Below, one piece after another: positions 41,691-50,400 of a stretch of 64,000 nt of DNA. The first letter of the stretch is position 1; every line of letters begins with the position of its first letter. A program made the translations under genes and the position numbers. Location of the stretch: NCBI GenBank assembly GCA_030612765.1, contig JAUWNG010000001.1, forward strand, positions 11,165 to 75,164. The letters are read 5' to 3'. The notes beneath the pieces are model-generated. The model searched no databases and was not told where the DNA came from. It saw only the letters and a list, made by a program, of their open reading frames with translations. The stretch comes from Planctomycetota bacterium (GTDB lineage Bacteria > Planctomycetota > Planctomycetia > Pirellulales > Thermoguttaceae).

Positions 41691-42524
41691 ATGCCCATCA
41701 TGTTCAACATGATTCTGCGAGAGGCTGGCTTGCCTTTGTCCGATATCCGTCTTCTGCGTCACAAGGACAATCGAGCCGCAAGGGGACGTACTCCATACGA
41801 ATTGTGGCGCGACAATCCTGCGCAATTTGACTGGTATCAATCAACCCAAAGAGTGAAGAACAGAACGAGGCTTACGGCATCGTTTTGGGCTTCGTTTGTG
41901 GGCACACCAAGCGACGAGACATTATTTGTAGGCGTCTACGGCATCAAGAATCGAAAACTTTTGGATGTAGACACGCCCATGCCTCACAGGGATGGTGTGG
42001 ACAAGGCGGGTACCTGCGATGTGTACGATCTGCGACTGGAGCCGGCTCTGTGCGAACTTATTGGCAGATTACTCATTGATTGGGGGCCGGGCAAGCGATC
42101 TTGGATTCAACGCGCTGACCGGAAAGAAAAGCGGATTATGGAGCTGCGCAGGGAATTCAAGGAGCCCGACTTCCCCGGCTTCTTGAGTTTCATGCAACCG
42201 CTCTCAAAGCTCAACACACTTCCGAAAGGTTGGGTGGATGCGCTAAGATCTTCAAAAGGTGTTTACATCCTGACGTGTCCCAAGACCCAGGAGCAGTATG
42301 TTGGCTCCGCGACTGGGGAGGATGGATTCTGGAGTCGTTGGCAGGACTATGTTGAATCGGGCCACGGTGGGAACGTGGCTCTCAAGAGTCGGGAGCAGAG
42401 CGACTACCAGGTGTCGATCCTTGAAGTTGCGGGAAGTGCTTTGACAACAGACGACATCATCCAGATGGAAGTGCGGTGGAAGTCGAAACTGCAAAGCAGG
42501 GAGATGGGATTGAACAGGAACTGA
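41691..42524 (+). CDS. GIY-YIG nuclease-domain protein with an uncharacterised N-terminal domain
   Basis: C-terminal KGVYILTCPKTQEQYVGSATGEDGFWSRWQDY...GGNVALK...YQVSILEV...EVRWKSKL (GIY-YIG pattern). GGAGA SD before ATG 41691. The 542-aa ORF-track entry is a read-through artefact that overlaps xylA out of frame. Confidence 0.7.
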   Translation: MPIMFNMILREAGLPLSDIRLLRHKDNRAARGRTPYELWRDNPAQFDWYQSTQRVKNRTRLTASFWASFVGTPSDETLFVGVYGIKNRKLLDVDTPMPHRDGVDKAGTCDVYDLRLEPALCELIGRLLIDWGPGKRSWIQRADRKEKRIMELRREFKEPDFPGFLSFMQPLSKLNTLPKGWVDALRSSKGVYILTCPKTQEQYVGSATGEDGFWSRWQDYVESGHGGNVALKSREQSDYQVSILEVAGSALTTDDIIQMEVRWKSKLQSREMGLNRN

Positions 42525-42597
42525 CTCCATTTACTCTCCCGGCCGGGGAACAGAACTTACTGTGGTTTAAGGCAATCCGAAGCTGAAAAGTAATCAT

Positions 42598-42629
42598 GGT
42601 GGGACCGCGCTTCGCTTGTCCCACCCTAC
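42598..42629 (-). repeat. REP singlet C3 (inverted relative to C2)
   Basis: GGTGGGACCGCGCTTCGCTTGTCCCACCCTAC, 17 nt upstream of the RAYT ATG. Confidence 0.95.
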
Positions 42630-42645
42630 TTATGCCGAGGTGGTC

Positions 42646-43200
42646 ATGTCCGACTATCGGCGTTGGTATGTACCGGGAGGAACATTTTTCTTCACCGCCG
42701 TTACCTACGGTCGTCGGCCGATTCTTTGTGATGCGACGGCAAGGAAGTTTCTACGGAAAGCAATCGAGGCAGTGCGCCAACAGCGACCAATCGAACTTGT
42801 CGCGATAGTGCTTCTGCCCGACCACGTTCATACGATTTGGACCCTGCCGCCAGGCGATGTTGCCTATCCTGTGCGATGGAAGCGTATAAAAGAGGAATTC
42901 ACTCTCGCTTATCTTGCAAGTGGCGGATCAGAAGGGCCGCTGACCCGTTCTCGAATCCGGCAAGGTGAACGCGGCGTGTGGCAACGTAGATATTGGGAAC
43001 ATACTGTACGCGACGAAGACGACCTGGACCGCTGCGTCGATTACATTCATTGGAATCCAAAGAAACACGGCCTTGTCGAAAACATCCAGGATTGGCCCTG
43101 GTCATCATTCAGTCGATATGTTTCATTAGGCCAATATACTCTCGATTGGGGCGCAACTGATCCGACGCCCGGCTACAATGCCCCTGAATGGGGCGAATAA
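42646..43200 (+). CDS. REP-associated tyrosine transposase (RAYT; IS200/IS605 Y1-type HUH)
   Basis: HUH motif LLPDHVHTIW, catalytic Tyr region CVDYIHWNPKKHGLV, WPWSSF tail. Flanked by REPs. Confidence 0.85.
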   Translation: MSDYRRWYVPGGTFFFTAVTYGRRPILCDATARKFLRKAIEAVRQQRPIELVAIVLLPDHVHTIWTLPPGDVAYPVRWKRIKEEFTLAYLASGGSEGPLTRSRIRQGERGVWQRRYWEHTVRDEDDLDRCVDYIHWNPKKHGLVENIQDWPWSSFSRYVSLGQYTLDWGATDPTPGYNAPEWGE

Positions 43201-43203
43201 ATC

Positions 43204-43300
43204 GTAGGGTGGGACAAGCGCAGCGCAGTCCCACCACGCGATAGAGTGGCTTTTGTGTTCCGGTTATTGGTGGGACCGCGCTGCGCTTGTCCCACCCTAC
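43204..43300. repeat. REP doublet (REPIN) C4
   Basis: GTAGGGTGGGACAAGCGCAGCGCAGTCCCACC ... GGTGGGACCGCGCTGCGCTTGTCCCACCCTAC. It starts 4 nt after the RAYT stop. Confidence 0.95.
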
Positions 43301-43912
43301 TCAGAACCGGACGCCGCGCCGCCGCAGTTCGCCGGCCAGTGCCTCGGCGGTGGTGAATTGTACGGCGTCGAAACCGGCCGCCTGCGCGCCGGCGACGTGC
43401 TCGATCCGGTCGTCGACGAAGAGAATCTCCTCGGGTTCGTGGCCGGCCAACTCGGCGGCGGCGTGGAAGATGGCCACGTCCGGCTTGACCGTTCCGATGC
43501 GGAAACTCAGCGCGTGAACGGCAAATCCATCGCTTACGATCCGATAGCGGCGGAAGCAATAATTCCAGTGGGTCTCACCGGTGTTCGACAGGATTCCCAT
43601 GGGATATCCGGCCTGCCCGAGCCGGGCCACCAGCGGCAGCATGGGCAGGTTCAACTCGAAGATGTCGGTGGCGGCCTCGACCAGTGCGTCGTAGTCGGGC
43701 CGGGTGCCCGTGGCGGTGCAAAAGGCCTCGTACAGGCCGCGGCTGTCGAGCCGGCCGGTTTCGTGTTGCTGCATCAGCCCGCCGCCGAAGAGCACGTTGC
43801 GCACCCGGTCGGGCGCAATGCCCGCAACCGCGCCCATTTGCTCCAACATCCGCTCGGTGCTGAAGTTTATCAGGACTTTGCCAAGATCGAAAAACAAGAA
43901 ATTAGGCGGCAT
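43301..43912 (-). CDS. HAD-superfamily hydrolase
   Basis: FLFFDLGKVLI (motif I DxG), ILSNT (II), KPD...FVDD (III/IV). The stop abuts REP C4. Confidence 0.8.
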   Translation of the reverse strand: MPPNFLFFDLGKVLINFSTERMLEQMGAVAGIAPDRVRNVLFGGGLMQQHETGRLDSRGLYEAFCTATGTRPDYDALVEAATDIFELNLPMLPLVARLGQAGYPMGILSNTGETHWNYCFRRYRIVSDGFAVHALSFRIGTVKPDVAIFHAAAELAGHEPEEILFVDDRIEHVAGAQAAGFDAVQFTTAEALAGELRRRGVRF

Positions 43913-43929
43913 AAGGGAATGAAAAAACC

Positions 43930-44916
43930 TTACGGCATAAGTACGATTTTGCCGAACAACGCACTGGACTTACCCAGGGTGTTTTCCTCCTGAAGCTTGT
44001 GCGCGTCGGCGGCCTCGGCGAGATTCATTACCCGGCCGATCAACGGCCGGAGTTTGCCCTTGGCCATCCAGCGATTGATCTCCGCGGCCGATTTTCGTTG
44101 CTCCTCCGGCGGGGTATTGAACAGCATGTAGCCCAGCAGTTTGCAGTCCTTCGCGTAGAACCGACCGACGGGAAACTTCGACCGCGACTCTCCGCCCGAC
44201 ATCACGACGATTCGTCCATTGACGGTCATGTGGTCGATCGCCCGATCAAGACTTTGTTCGCGTTTCGTATCGAGCCACACGTCGATTGCGCCGAACTTTT
44301 CCAGCGCGGCATCTAGGTTGTCGGTCTTGTAGTTCAGCACCGCGTTCGCCCCGAGTTGGCGACAGATTTTCACTTTTTCCTTGTTCCCGGCGGAGGTCAA
44401 CACTCGGGCGCCGATGGTGTGTGCCATCTGGATCGCGCACGACCCCACGCCGCCGGCCCCGCCGCCGATGTACACGGAATCGCCCATTTTCAATTTTGCC
44501 TCGCGGAACAGCCCCAGGTGAGCGGTAATCCCCACCATCGCCACGGCGGCCGCGTCCTGGTCGGAGACTTCCTCGGGCGTCGGATAGAGCCAATGTTCGT
44601 CGACGGCGGCGAATTCGGCGAAGGTTCCCTGGCGTCCCAACACCCCTTGGTTGGTTCCCCAAACCCGATCGCCTTTGTGGAATTTAGTTACCTCGGGCCC
44701 GACTGCCTCGACCACCCCGGCCAGGTCGCAACCAATTATGTATGGCAAAGGCAAGTCCGTCGGATACATGCCGGCGCGAATGTACGTGTCGACCGGGTTG
44801 ACGGCCACTGCCTTGATCTTGACGAGGACTTGGCCCGCGGCTGGTTTCGGCTTGGGTAAATCGCCAAAAACGATGTTTTTCGGCGGTCCAATTTGTTCAA
44901 TGTATGCAGCCTTCAT
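43930..44916 (-). CDS. NADPH:quinone oxidoreductase / zinc-type alcohol dehydrogenase (MDR) family
   Basis: MKAAYIEQIGPP...VLVKIKAVAVNPVDTYIRAG...GGAGGVGSCAIQMA. Confidence 0.85.
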   Translation of the reverse strand: MKAAYIEQIGPPKNIVFGDLPKPKPAAGQVLVKIKAVAVNPVDTYIRAGMYPTDLPLPYIIGCDLAGVVEAVGPEVTKFHKGDRVWGTNQGVLGRQGTFAEFAAVDEHWLYPTPEEVSDQDAAAVAMVGITAHLGLFREAKLKMGDSVYIGGGAGGVGSCAIQMAHTIGARVLTSAGNKEKVKICRQLGANAVLNYKTDNLDAALEKFGAIDVWLDTKREQSLDRAIDHMTVNGRIVVMSGGESRSKFPVGRFYAKDCKLLGYMLFNTPPEEQRKSAAEINRWMAKGKLRPLIGRVMNLAEAADAHKLQEENTLGKSSALFGKIVLMP

Positions 44917-45349
44917 AATTTGGCATCCCACAAAACCAAAGAAAACACCTTTCGCCCATGAGAAGAGCGATACAATTTTCCCCACCAGAAAGTGGGGGAT
45001 GGTTTACCTATATTATATTCAATCGCCCTCGTGTGGTGAAGCGGTGACAAAAAGAAAATCCCACCCGCAAGCTAGAGTTTTACATATTGTTCTGTCATTT
45101 CACAATAAATCCGAGACAAAAACCTTCATTTCCCCGTGGATTGTCACGTTTTGCCGTTCAATAAGGGCCAATTTGGCGATCACAAGGGCATTACTGAGGC
45201 TGTCTGTCGGATTTCTCGGGAGTATTGCTCATTCCAGCGCCCTTTTTCAGAAAGAGCAGATAATTTCGCAAGTCGTGATTTTTTTCATCGGCGGTGGCCA
45301 TTGATAAATAAGGACTTACGTCGGCGAAACGGCTAATATCCGGCGATTT

Positions 45350-45470
45350 AACCGGTTCACGGGGTATCCGTCATTCTGAGCGCAGCGAAGAATCTCGTGT
45401 GAGATCGCGGCGCGGGCGAGATTCTTCGCTGCGCTCAGAATGACGATGTTTTCCCAACCCGTGAACGGTT
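45350..45470. repeat. Family H long palindrome
   Basis: AACCGGTTCACGGGG...CGTCATTCTGAGCGCAGCGAAGAATCTCG...CGAGATTCTTCGCTGCGCTCAGAATGACG...CCCGTGAACGGTT. Confidence 0.95.
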
Positions 45471-45725
45471 ATTCCGACAATTTACCAATACTCTAGTTGT
45501 AAGCTAGAGTTCTACAGGCATTGACATATCGGAAATCCACATCCCGACATTGTTGTGCATTGCGATGTATGCATTGCACGGACATTGAACAAAGCTCCAC
45601 ATGGAACTGCTTGACCGGATGCAAATAGTGAGATCGTTGCGGTCCTCGCGCTTGTGGCGATCGAGACCATACATGAACGTCGAAATCTGTTTGTTCAACG
45701 GGAACGAACTCCATCCCGCGAAAAA

Positions 45726-46181
45726 ATGAGCACCCAGCCACACTGGCCGAATGGCATGACGTCAAGTATCAATACAATCGACACAGGCTGTGGTGTTTCA
45801 ACTTGCAGCCAGCCCGCGAAGTCGCCTCCTTGCGAAGCGTTGAATTTGGATGAGCTGCGCAATCGATGCATGGGGAACCTCAACCTTGTGCATCGGGTGC
45901 TGAGTAAGTTCCAAAAGCGGCTTCCCGAGGAACTGGCGGAGATGAACGAGGCTCTGGAGTGTGGGGATATGGAACGTATCGCACACATCGCGCATCGCGT
46001 CAAGGGAACCTCGGCAAGTGTATCCGCCAAGGGCCTTGCACGGGCCGCGGCCGAGATTGAAGACTTGAGCCGGGCAGGACGCGCGACGGATATTCCCGCG
46101 CGTATCGAGCACTTTCGCGACGAGTGGGAGAAATGTCTGGACGAGGCGGTTATCTTGTTGTCGGGGGGCGATATCGTGTGA
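45726..46181 (+). CDS. Hpt-domain phosphotransfer protein
   Basis: HRVKGTSASVSAKGLA (HxxKG) within a four-helix region. ATG 45726. Confidence 0.8.
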   Translation: MSTQPHWPNGMTSSINTIDTGCGVSTCSQPAKSPPCEALNLDELRNRCMGNLNLVHRVLSKFQKRLPEELAEMNEALECGDMERIAHIAHRVKGTSASVSAKGLARAAAEIEDLSRAGRATDIPARIEHFRDEWEKCLDEAVILLSGGDIV

Positions 46182-46235
46182 GGAAACAATTCCGACGACC
46201 GTAAGGACGCGGCCGACACTTACGGGCAAACAATC

Positions 46236-47366
46236 ATGAAAATCCTAGTCGTAGACGACGATGACATCGTAACGGAAATCCTGGAGAACGTTCTTGCGCA
46301 GTTCGGGCATCAAGTAACCTCTGCCAGGAGCGGCCGAGAAGCTTTGGAACTGATGAGGAGCGGCACATATCGTTTGGTGGTTCTCGATTGGGAAATGGAG
46401 GGAATGTCGGGAATCGAGTTGTGCCGGCATGTTCGCCAGCGATATTCTTGCAGCTACGTCTACATAATCATGCTCACCGTGCGCCAGGGGACCGAAAACA
46501 TTGTCGAGGGTCTCAACGCCGGCGCGGACGACTTCATCAGCAAGCCCTTTGAGCCTCAAGAACTCGGCGTCCGTATTCGCGCGGGCGAACGGATTCTGTC
46601 TCTCGACAGCCGCGAACTGACCATCTTCAGCCTGGCGAAGCTCGCCGAGTCGCGCGACCAGGAGACCGGCGCACACCTGGAGCGTATCCGCGAGTATTGC
46701 CGGGTTATCGCCGGTCATCTTTCCCGTCAGGAGAAATACAGCAACCAGGTGGACGGCGATTACGTCCAGTTGATCTACATGACCAGCCCCCTGCACGACA
46801 TCGGCAAGGTGGGGATTCCCGATCGGATTCTGCTCAAACCCTGCGCCCTGACGCGGGATGAATTCGAGATCATGAAGCAGCACTCGACCATTGGGAGCAA
46901 GACCTTGGACGCCGCGGTCGCCGTTCATCCCGAGGCCAAGTTTTTATGCATGGCGCGGGATATCGCCCAAAGCCATCACGAGCGGTTCGACGGCAGCGGA
47001 TATCCCGATGGACTGGCCGGTGAGAACATCCCGCTCTGCGGCCGGATCGTCGGCCTGGCCGACGTCTACGATGCGCTGACCACCAAACGCGTCTACAAGA
47101 AGGCATTCAGCCACGAGAGGGCCCGCGACATCATTCTCGAAAATACGGGCAGTCACTTCGATCCCGACATCGTTCGGGCCTTTCTCGAAAACGAAAACCG
47201 TTTCGTGAAAATCAGAGAGCAATACATGGCCCGCGAGGAATTCGAGGCCACGTCGCTGTTGCAGTCGCAAGCCAGGTTCATACCGGAATTGCTGGCCGCC
47301 CCCGAATTTTCCCCCGAGCGGGAGGAAATTCCCGTCGGCGCCGCGGGCGGCAGCAACATTATCTGA
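46236..47366 (+). CDS. Response regulator with an HD-GYP c-di-GMP phosphodiesterase domain (RpfG-like)
   Basis: Receiver (ILVVDDD...LDWEMEGMSG), then HDIGKVGIPDRIL and HHERFDGSGYPDGL. Confidence 0.9.
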   Translation: MKILVVDDDDIVTEILENVLAQFGHQVTSARSGREALELMRSGTYRLVVLDWEMEGMSGIELCRHVRQRYSCSYVYIIMLTVRQGTENIVEGLNAGADDFISKPFEPQELGVRIRAGERILSLDSRELTIFSLAKLAESRDQETGAHLERIREYCRVIAGHLSRQEKYSNQVDGDYVQLIYMTSPLHDIGKVGIPDRILLKPCALTRDEFEIMKQHSTIGSKTLDAAVAVHPEAKFLCMARDIAQSHHERFDGSGYPDGLAGENIPLCGRIVGLADVYDALTTKRVYKKAFSHERARDIILENTGSHFDPDIVRAFLENENRFVKIREQYMAREEFEATSLLQSQARFIPELLAAPEFSPEREEIPVGAAGGSNII

Positions 47367-47428
47367 GTGGTCAGTGGATAGTGGATAGTGACTGACAACT
47401 GACAACTGACTACTGACAACTGAAAACT
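47367..47428 (+). repeat. Family G heptamer array
   Basis: GTGGTCA GTGGATA GTGGATA GTGACTG ACAACTG ACAACTG ACTACTG ACAACTG AAAACT. Confidence 0.9.
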
Positions 47429-47456
47429 CCATTTCCGACCCAATGCGAGCGTTGCA

Positions 47457-50400
47457 CTACTCCCCGTACCCGGCGAACACTTCATCCGTGGCGTCCGTCC
47501 GCCGCGTTCCCAAGGGGAGCAGGTCGTCCATCAGTCCCTCGTCGGCGTGATCGTAGCCGAGTGTGTGACCGAACTCGTGCATCACGGTTGTCAACAGGTC
47601 TGCCCGCCCATCGGCGGCGGTGTTCTGCCGTGCAACCAGCGAGCCGAGGTCGTCAAGGATGAACTCCTCGTCGTCGCCGGGCGTCGGATCGACGAACCAA
47701 CCGTAACCGGCGGCGTCTCGGTCGATCAGTATCGTCCCGTCCGTTGTCGCGCCGAGCAGGTTGCCCGGCAGGTCGGCGACTTGGATGGAAACGCCGCTTA
47801 AGGCCGTCGAGACCCGGCTGCCGAGCACCGCTTCCAGGCGATGCGCCGCTTCCGCTGTGATCGACGCCAACTCGGCGTCGGTCAACACCGCGGCCGAACC
47901 GGCCGGCGCGGTCGAGGTCTCGAGCGTCAGCGCGGCCGCCACGCTGAACGTGCCGGTAAGCGTGGAGGTTTGCCCGGTCGTGTCGGTCGCCTGAATCTGA
48001 TAGACATGCGTGCCCTGCGGCAATTGGCCCAACAGTCCGGCGTATGCGTTGCCGTATGGGCCGTAGATCGTGGCGACGGTGTTTCCGTCGACCGCCAGCG
48101 ATTTTGATGCGATGCCGTCCGCGTCGGTCAACGTCCAGGTGAGCACCAATGTCTCTTCGGTGTTCAGCAGCCCGTCCCTGGCGAGGTTGGCCGTTTCGGC
48201 CACCACGACGTTGCCGATCCGCGGAGCGACGGACGCCGCGGCAATCACGTTGAAAGTGCCGCTATGGGTGGATGCAATACCGTTGGCGTCGGTGACTTTG
48301 ATCGTGTAGTCGTGGACTCCGGCTGCCAGCGGTCCGAATACGCCGGCGTAGTTGACGCCGTAGGGGCCGTAGATCGCTGTGACGTTCTGGCCGTCGACAG
48401 TCAACGACTGCGGCCGCCGCCACACTCTCGATGAGTTGCCATCGTCGCTGGTAGCAGACCAGGTAATCACCAGTTTGTCGCTGGTTTCCTTAATGCCGTC
48501 GAGGTCGCTGCCCATCCGCGCTTCGGCGACGACGACATGAGAGATTGTCGGCCCGGTTGTGGGCAGAACGTTAAACGTGCCGGAGTACTCGGAACGGACC
48601 CCGTTAAAGTCGGTCGCTTCGATCGTGTAGTCGTGGACTCCGGCGGCCAATGGTCCGAATACGCCGGCGTAGTTGACGCCGTATGGGCCGTAGATCGTAG
48701 AAACGGTCCGGCCGTCTACGGTCAACGATTTCGAGGCGATCCCGTCGTCGCTGGTCGCGGACCAGGTGATGACCAGTTTGTCGCTTGACTCCAGTGTGCC
48801 GTTTTTGGCGGTTCCTGCTTCGGCGACTACGACATGAGAGATTGTCGGCCCGGTTGTGGGCAGAACGTCAAACGTGCCGGTGTATGCCGGTGAGGTCGGG
48901 TTGCCGACATTGTCGGTGGCCACGATCGAGTAATTGTGGGCGCCAGCAGACAGCATGCCCAGCGGCACCCCGAAATTCACTCCAGACGCCGCCGCGTATG
49001 GACCATACACGGGCGTGACGTTTTGACCGTCCACTTGAACGGTCGTACTGGCCACACCGTCAGCATCTTCCGCGTTGAAGGTCATCAACAAACTCTCGCT
49101 GGTCGTCAGCGTTCCGTTCCGAGGCCCGGCCTGCTCAACAACCAACACGCTGGAGATCGTGGGGCCAATATCATCGTTCTGGATAACACCTACCCCTTGT
49201 CCCTTGGCAACCGAAGCCCCACCGTGGTTGCTCAGGTTTACATAAAACGTCTCGTCCGGCTCGACGGTCGTGTCGCCGTTGACCGTAATGCTGATCGTCT
49301 TGGACGACACGTCGCCAGCGACCCAAGTCAGTGTGCCGCTGGTGGCCACATAGTCGCTCCCGGCCGTTGCCGTCCCGTTGGCCGTGGCGTAACTCACACT
49401 CGCACCCTGGCTGTTCGTCCCCGACATGCTCACCGTGAAGGTGAAGCTCTTCGTCCCGCTGTCCCCCTCCGAAAGCGTCACATTGTTGATCGACAGCGCC
49501 GGCAATGCCACGTCGTCGTTCTGGATCGTGCCAGTCATCGTGGGCGTGGTAATCTGCGCATTGCCCGACGCGCCCGATAGCGTCACCATAAAGCCCTCGT
49601 CCGGCTCCACCACCAGATCGCCGCTGACGTTGATTGAAAGCACCTTGCTCGTCTCGCCCGCCGCAAAGCTCACTTGGCCGCTGGGCAGCGTACCCCCAAA
49701 ATCCGCTGTATTGGCCGGGTTCGTCCCGCTGGCGGTGACCGCGTAGTTCACCGTCGTCGTACCCGTGGTCAGTCCCGTCCGGCTCACCGTGAACGTGAAC
49801 GGCGTGGTGCCGCTGTTTCCCTCCGCCTTCGTCGCGTCTGTGGCTGCGATGGCCAGCGAAATGTCGTCGTTCTGGATCGTGCCCATGCCCTGGTTGTCGG
49901 AAACCGTGGCGTTGCTCGGGCTGCTCAGGTTCACGTAGAACGTCTCGTCCGCCTCGACCGTCGTGTCGCCGTTGACCGTCACGCTGATCGTCTTGGCCGA
50001 GGTGTCGCCGGCGGCCCAAGTCAACGTGCCGTTGGCGGCAACATAATCACTACTCGACGTGGCCGTCCCATTGACCGTGGCGTAGCTGACGCTCGCACCC
50101 TGGGTGTTCGTCCCCGACATGCTCACCGTGAAGCTGAACGTCTTCGTCCCGGCGTTCCCCTCCGTCTGCGTCACGTTGTTGATCGCAAGGCTAGGCAGCG
50201 GCAGTGAGTCGTCGTTCTGGATCGTGCCTACGCCCTGGTTGTCGGAAAGCGTGGCGTTGTTCGGACTGCTCAGATGCACGTAGAACGCCTCGTTCGGCTC
50301 GACGCTCGTGTCGCCGTTGACCGTCACGCTGATCGTCTTGGCCGAGGTGTCGCCGGCGGCCCAAGTCAACGTGCCGTTGGCGGCAACATAATCACTACTC

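Larger units (their letters stand above)
41631..43300. mobile_element. REPtron: RAYT gene plus flanking REPs, with a GIY-YIG gene enclosed by an inverted REP pair
   Basis: REP C2 (41631-62, forward), GIY-YIG CDS, REP C3 (42598-629, inverted), RAYT CDS, REP doublet C4 (43204-300). Both genes look AT-richer than the surroundings by eye. Confidence 0.8.

Noticed and set aside
40896-42524. 542-aa ORF spanning xylA and the GIY-YIG gene
   Set aside because: The first about 265 codons overlap xylA out of frame and are Arg/Pro/Gly shadow sequence. Only the part from ATG 41691, after REP C2 and with an SD, looks like a real protein.
45136-45336. 66-aa ORF in the AT-rich gap, and the 90-aa minus-strand ORF 45493..45765
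   Set aside because: There is no SD and no recognisable motif, and both are Cys/His/Arg-rich with odd composition. They are treated as non-coding until expression data say otherwise.
48395-48445. Possible compensated frameshift or sequencing error in Ig-like unit 3 of the giant protein (GNSSRVWRRPQS versus GIASKS)
   Set aside because: The frame is maintained and the difference is an 18-nt longer replacement. It cannot be distinguished from a genuine indel without reads. It is mentioned under the giant-protein finding only.
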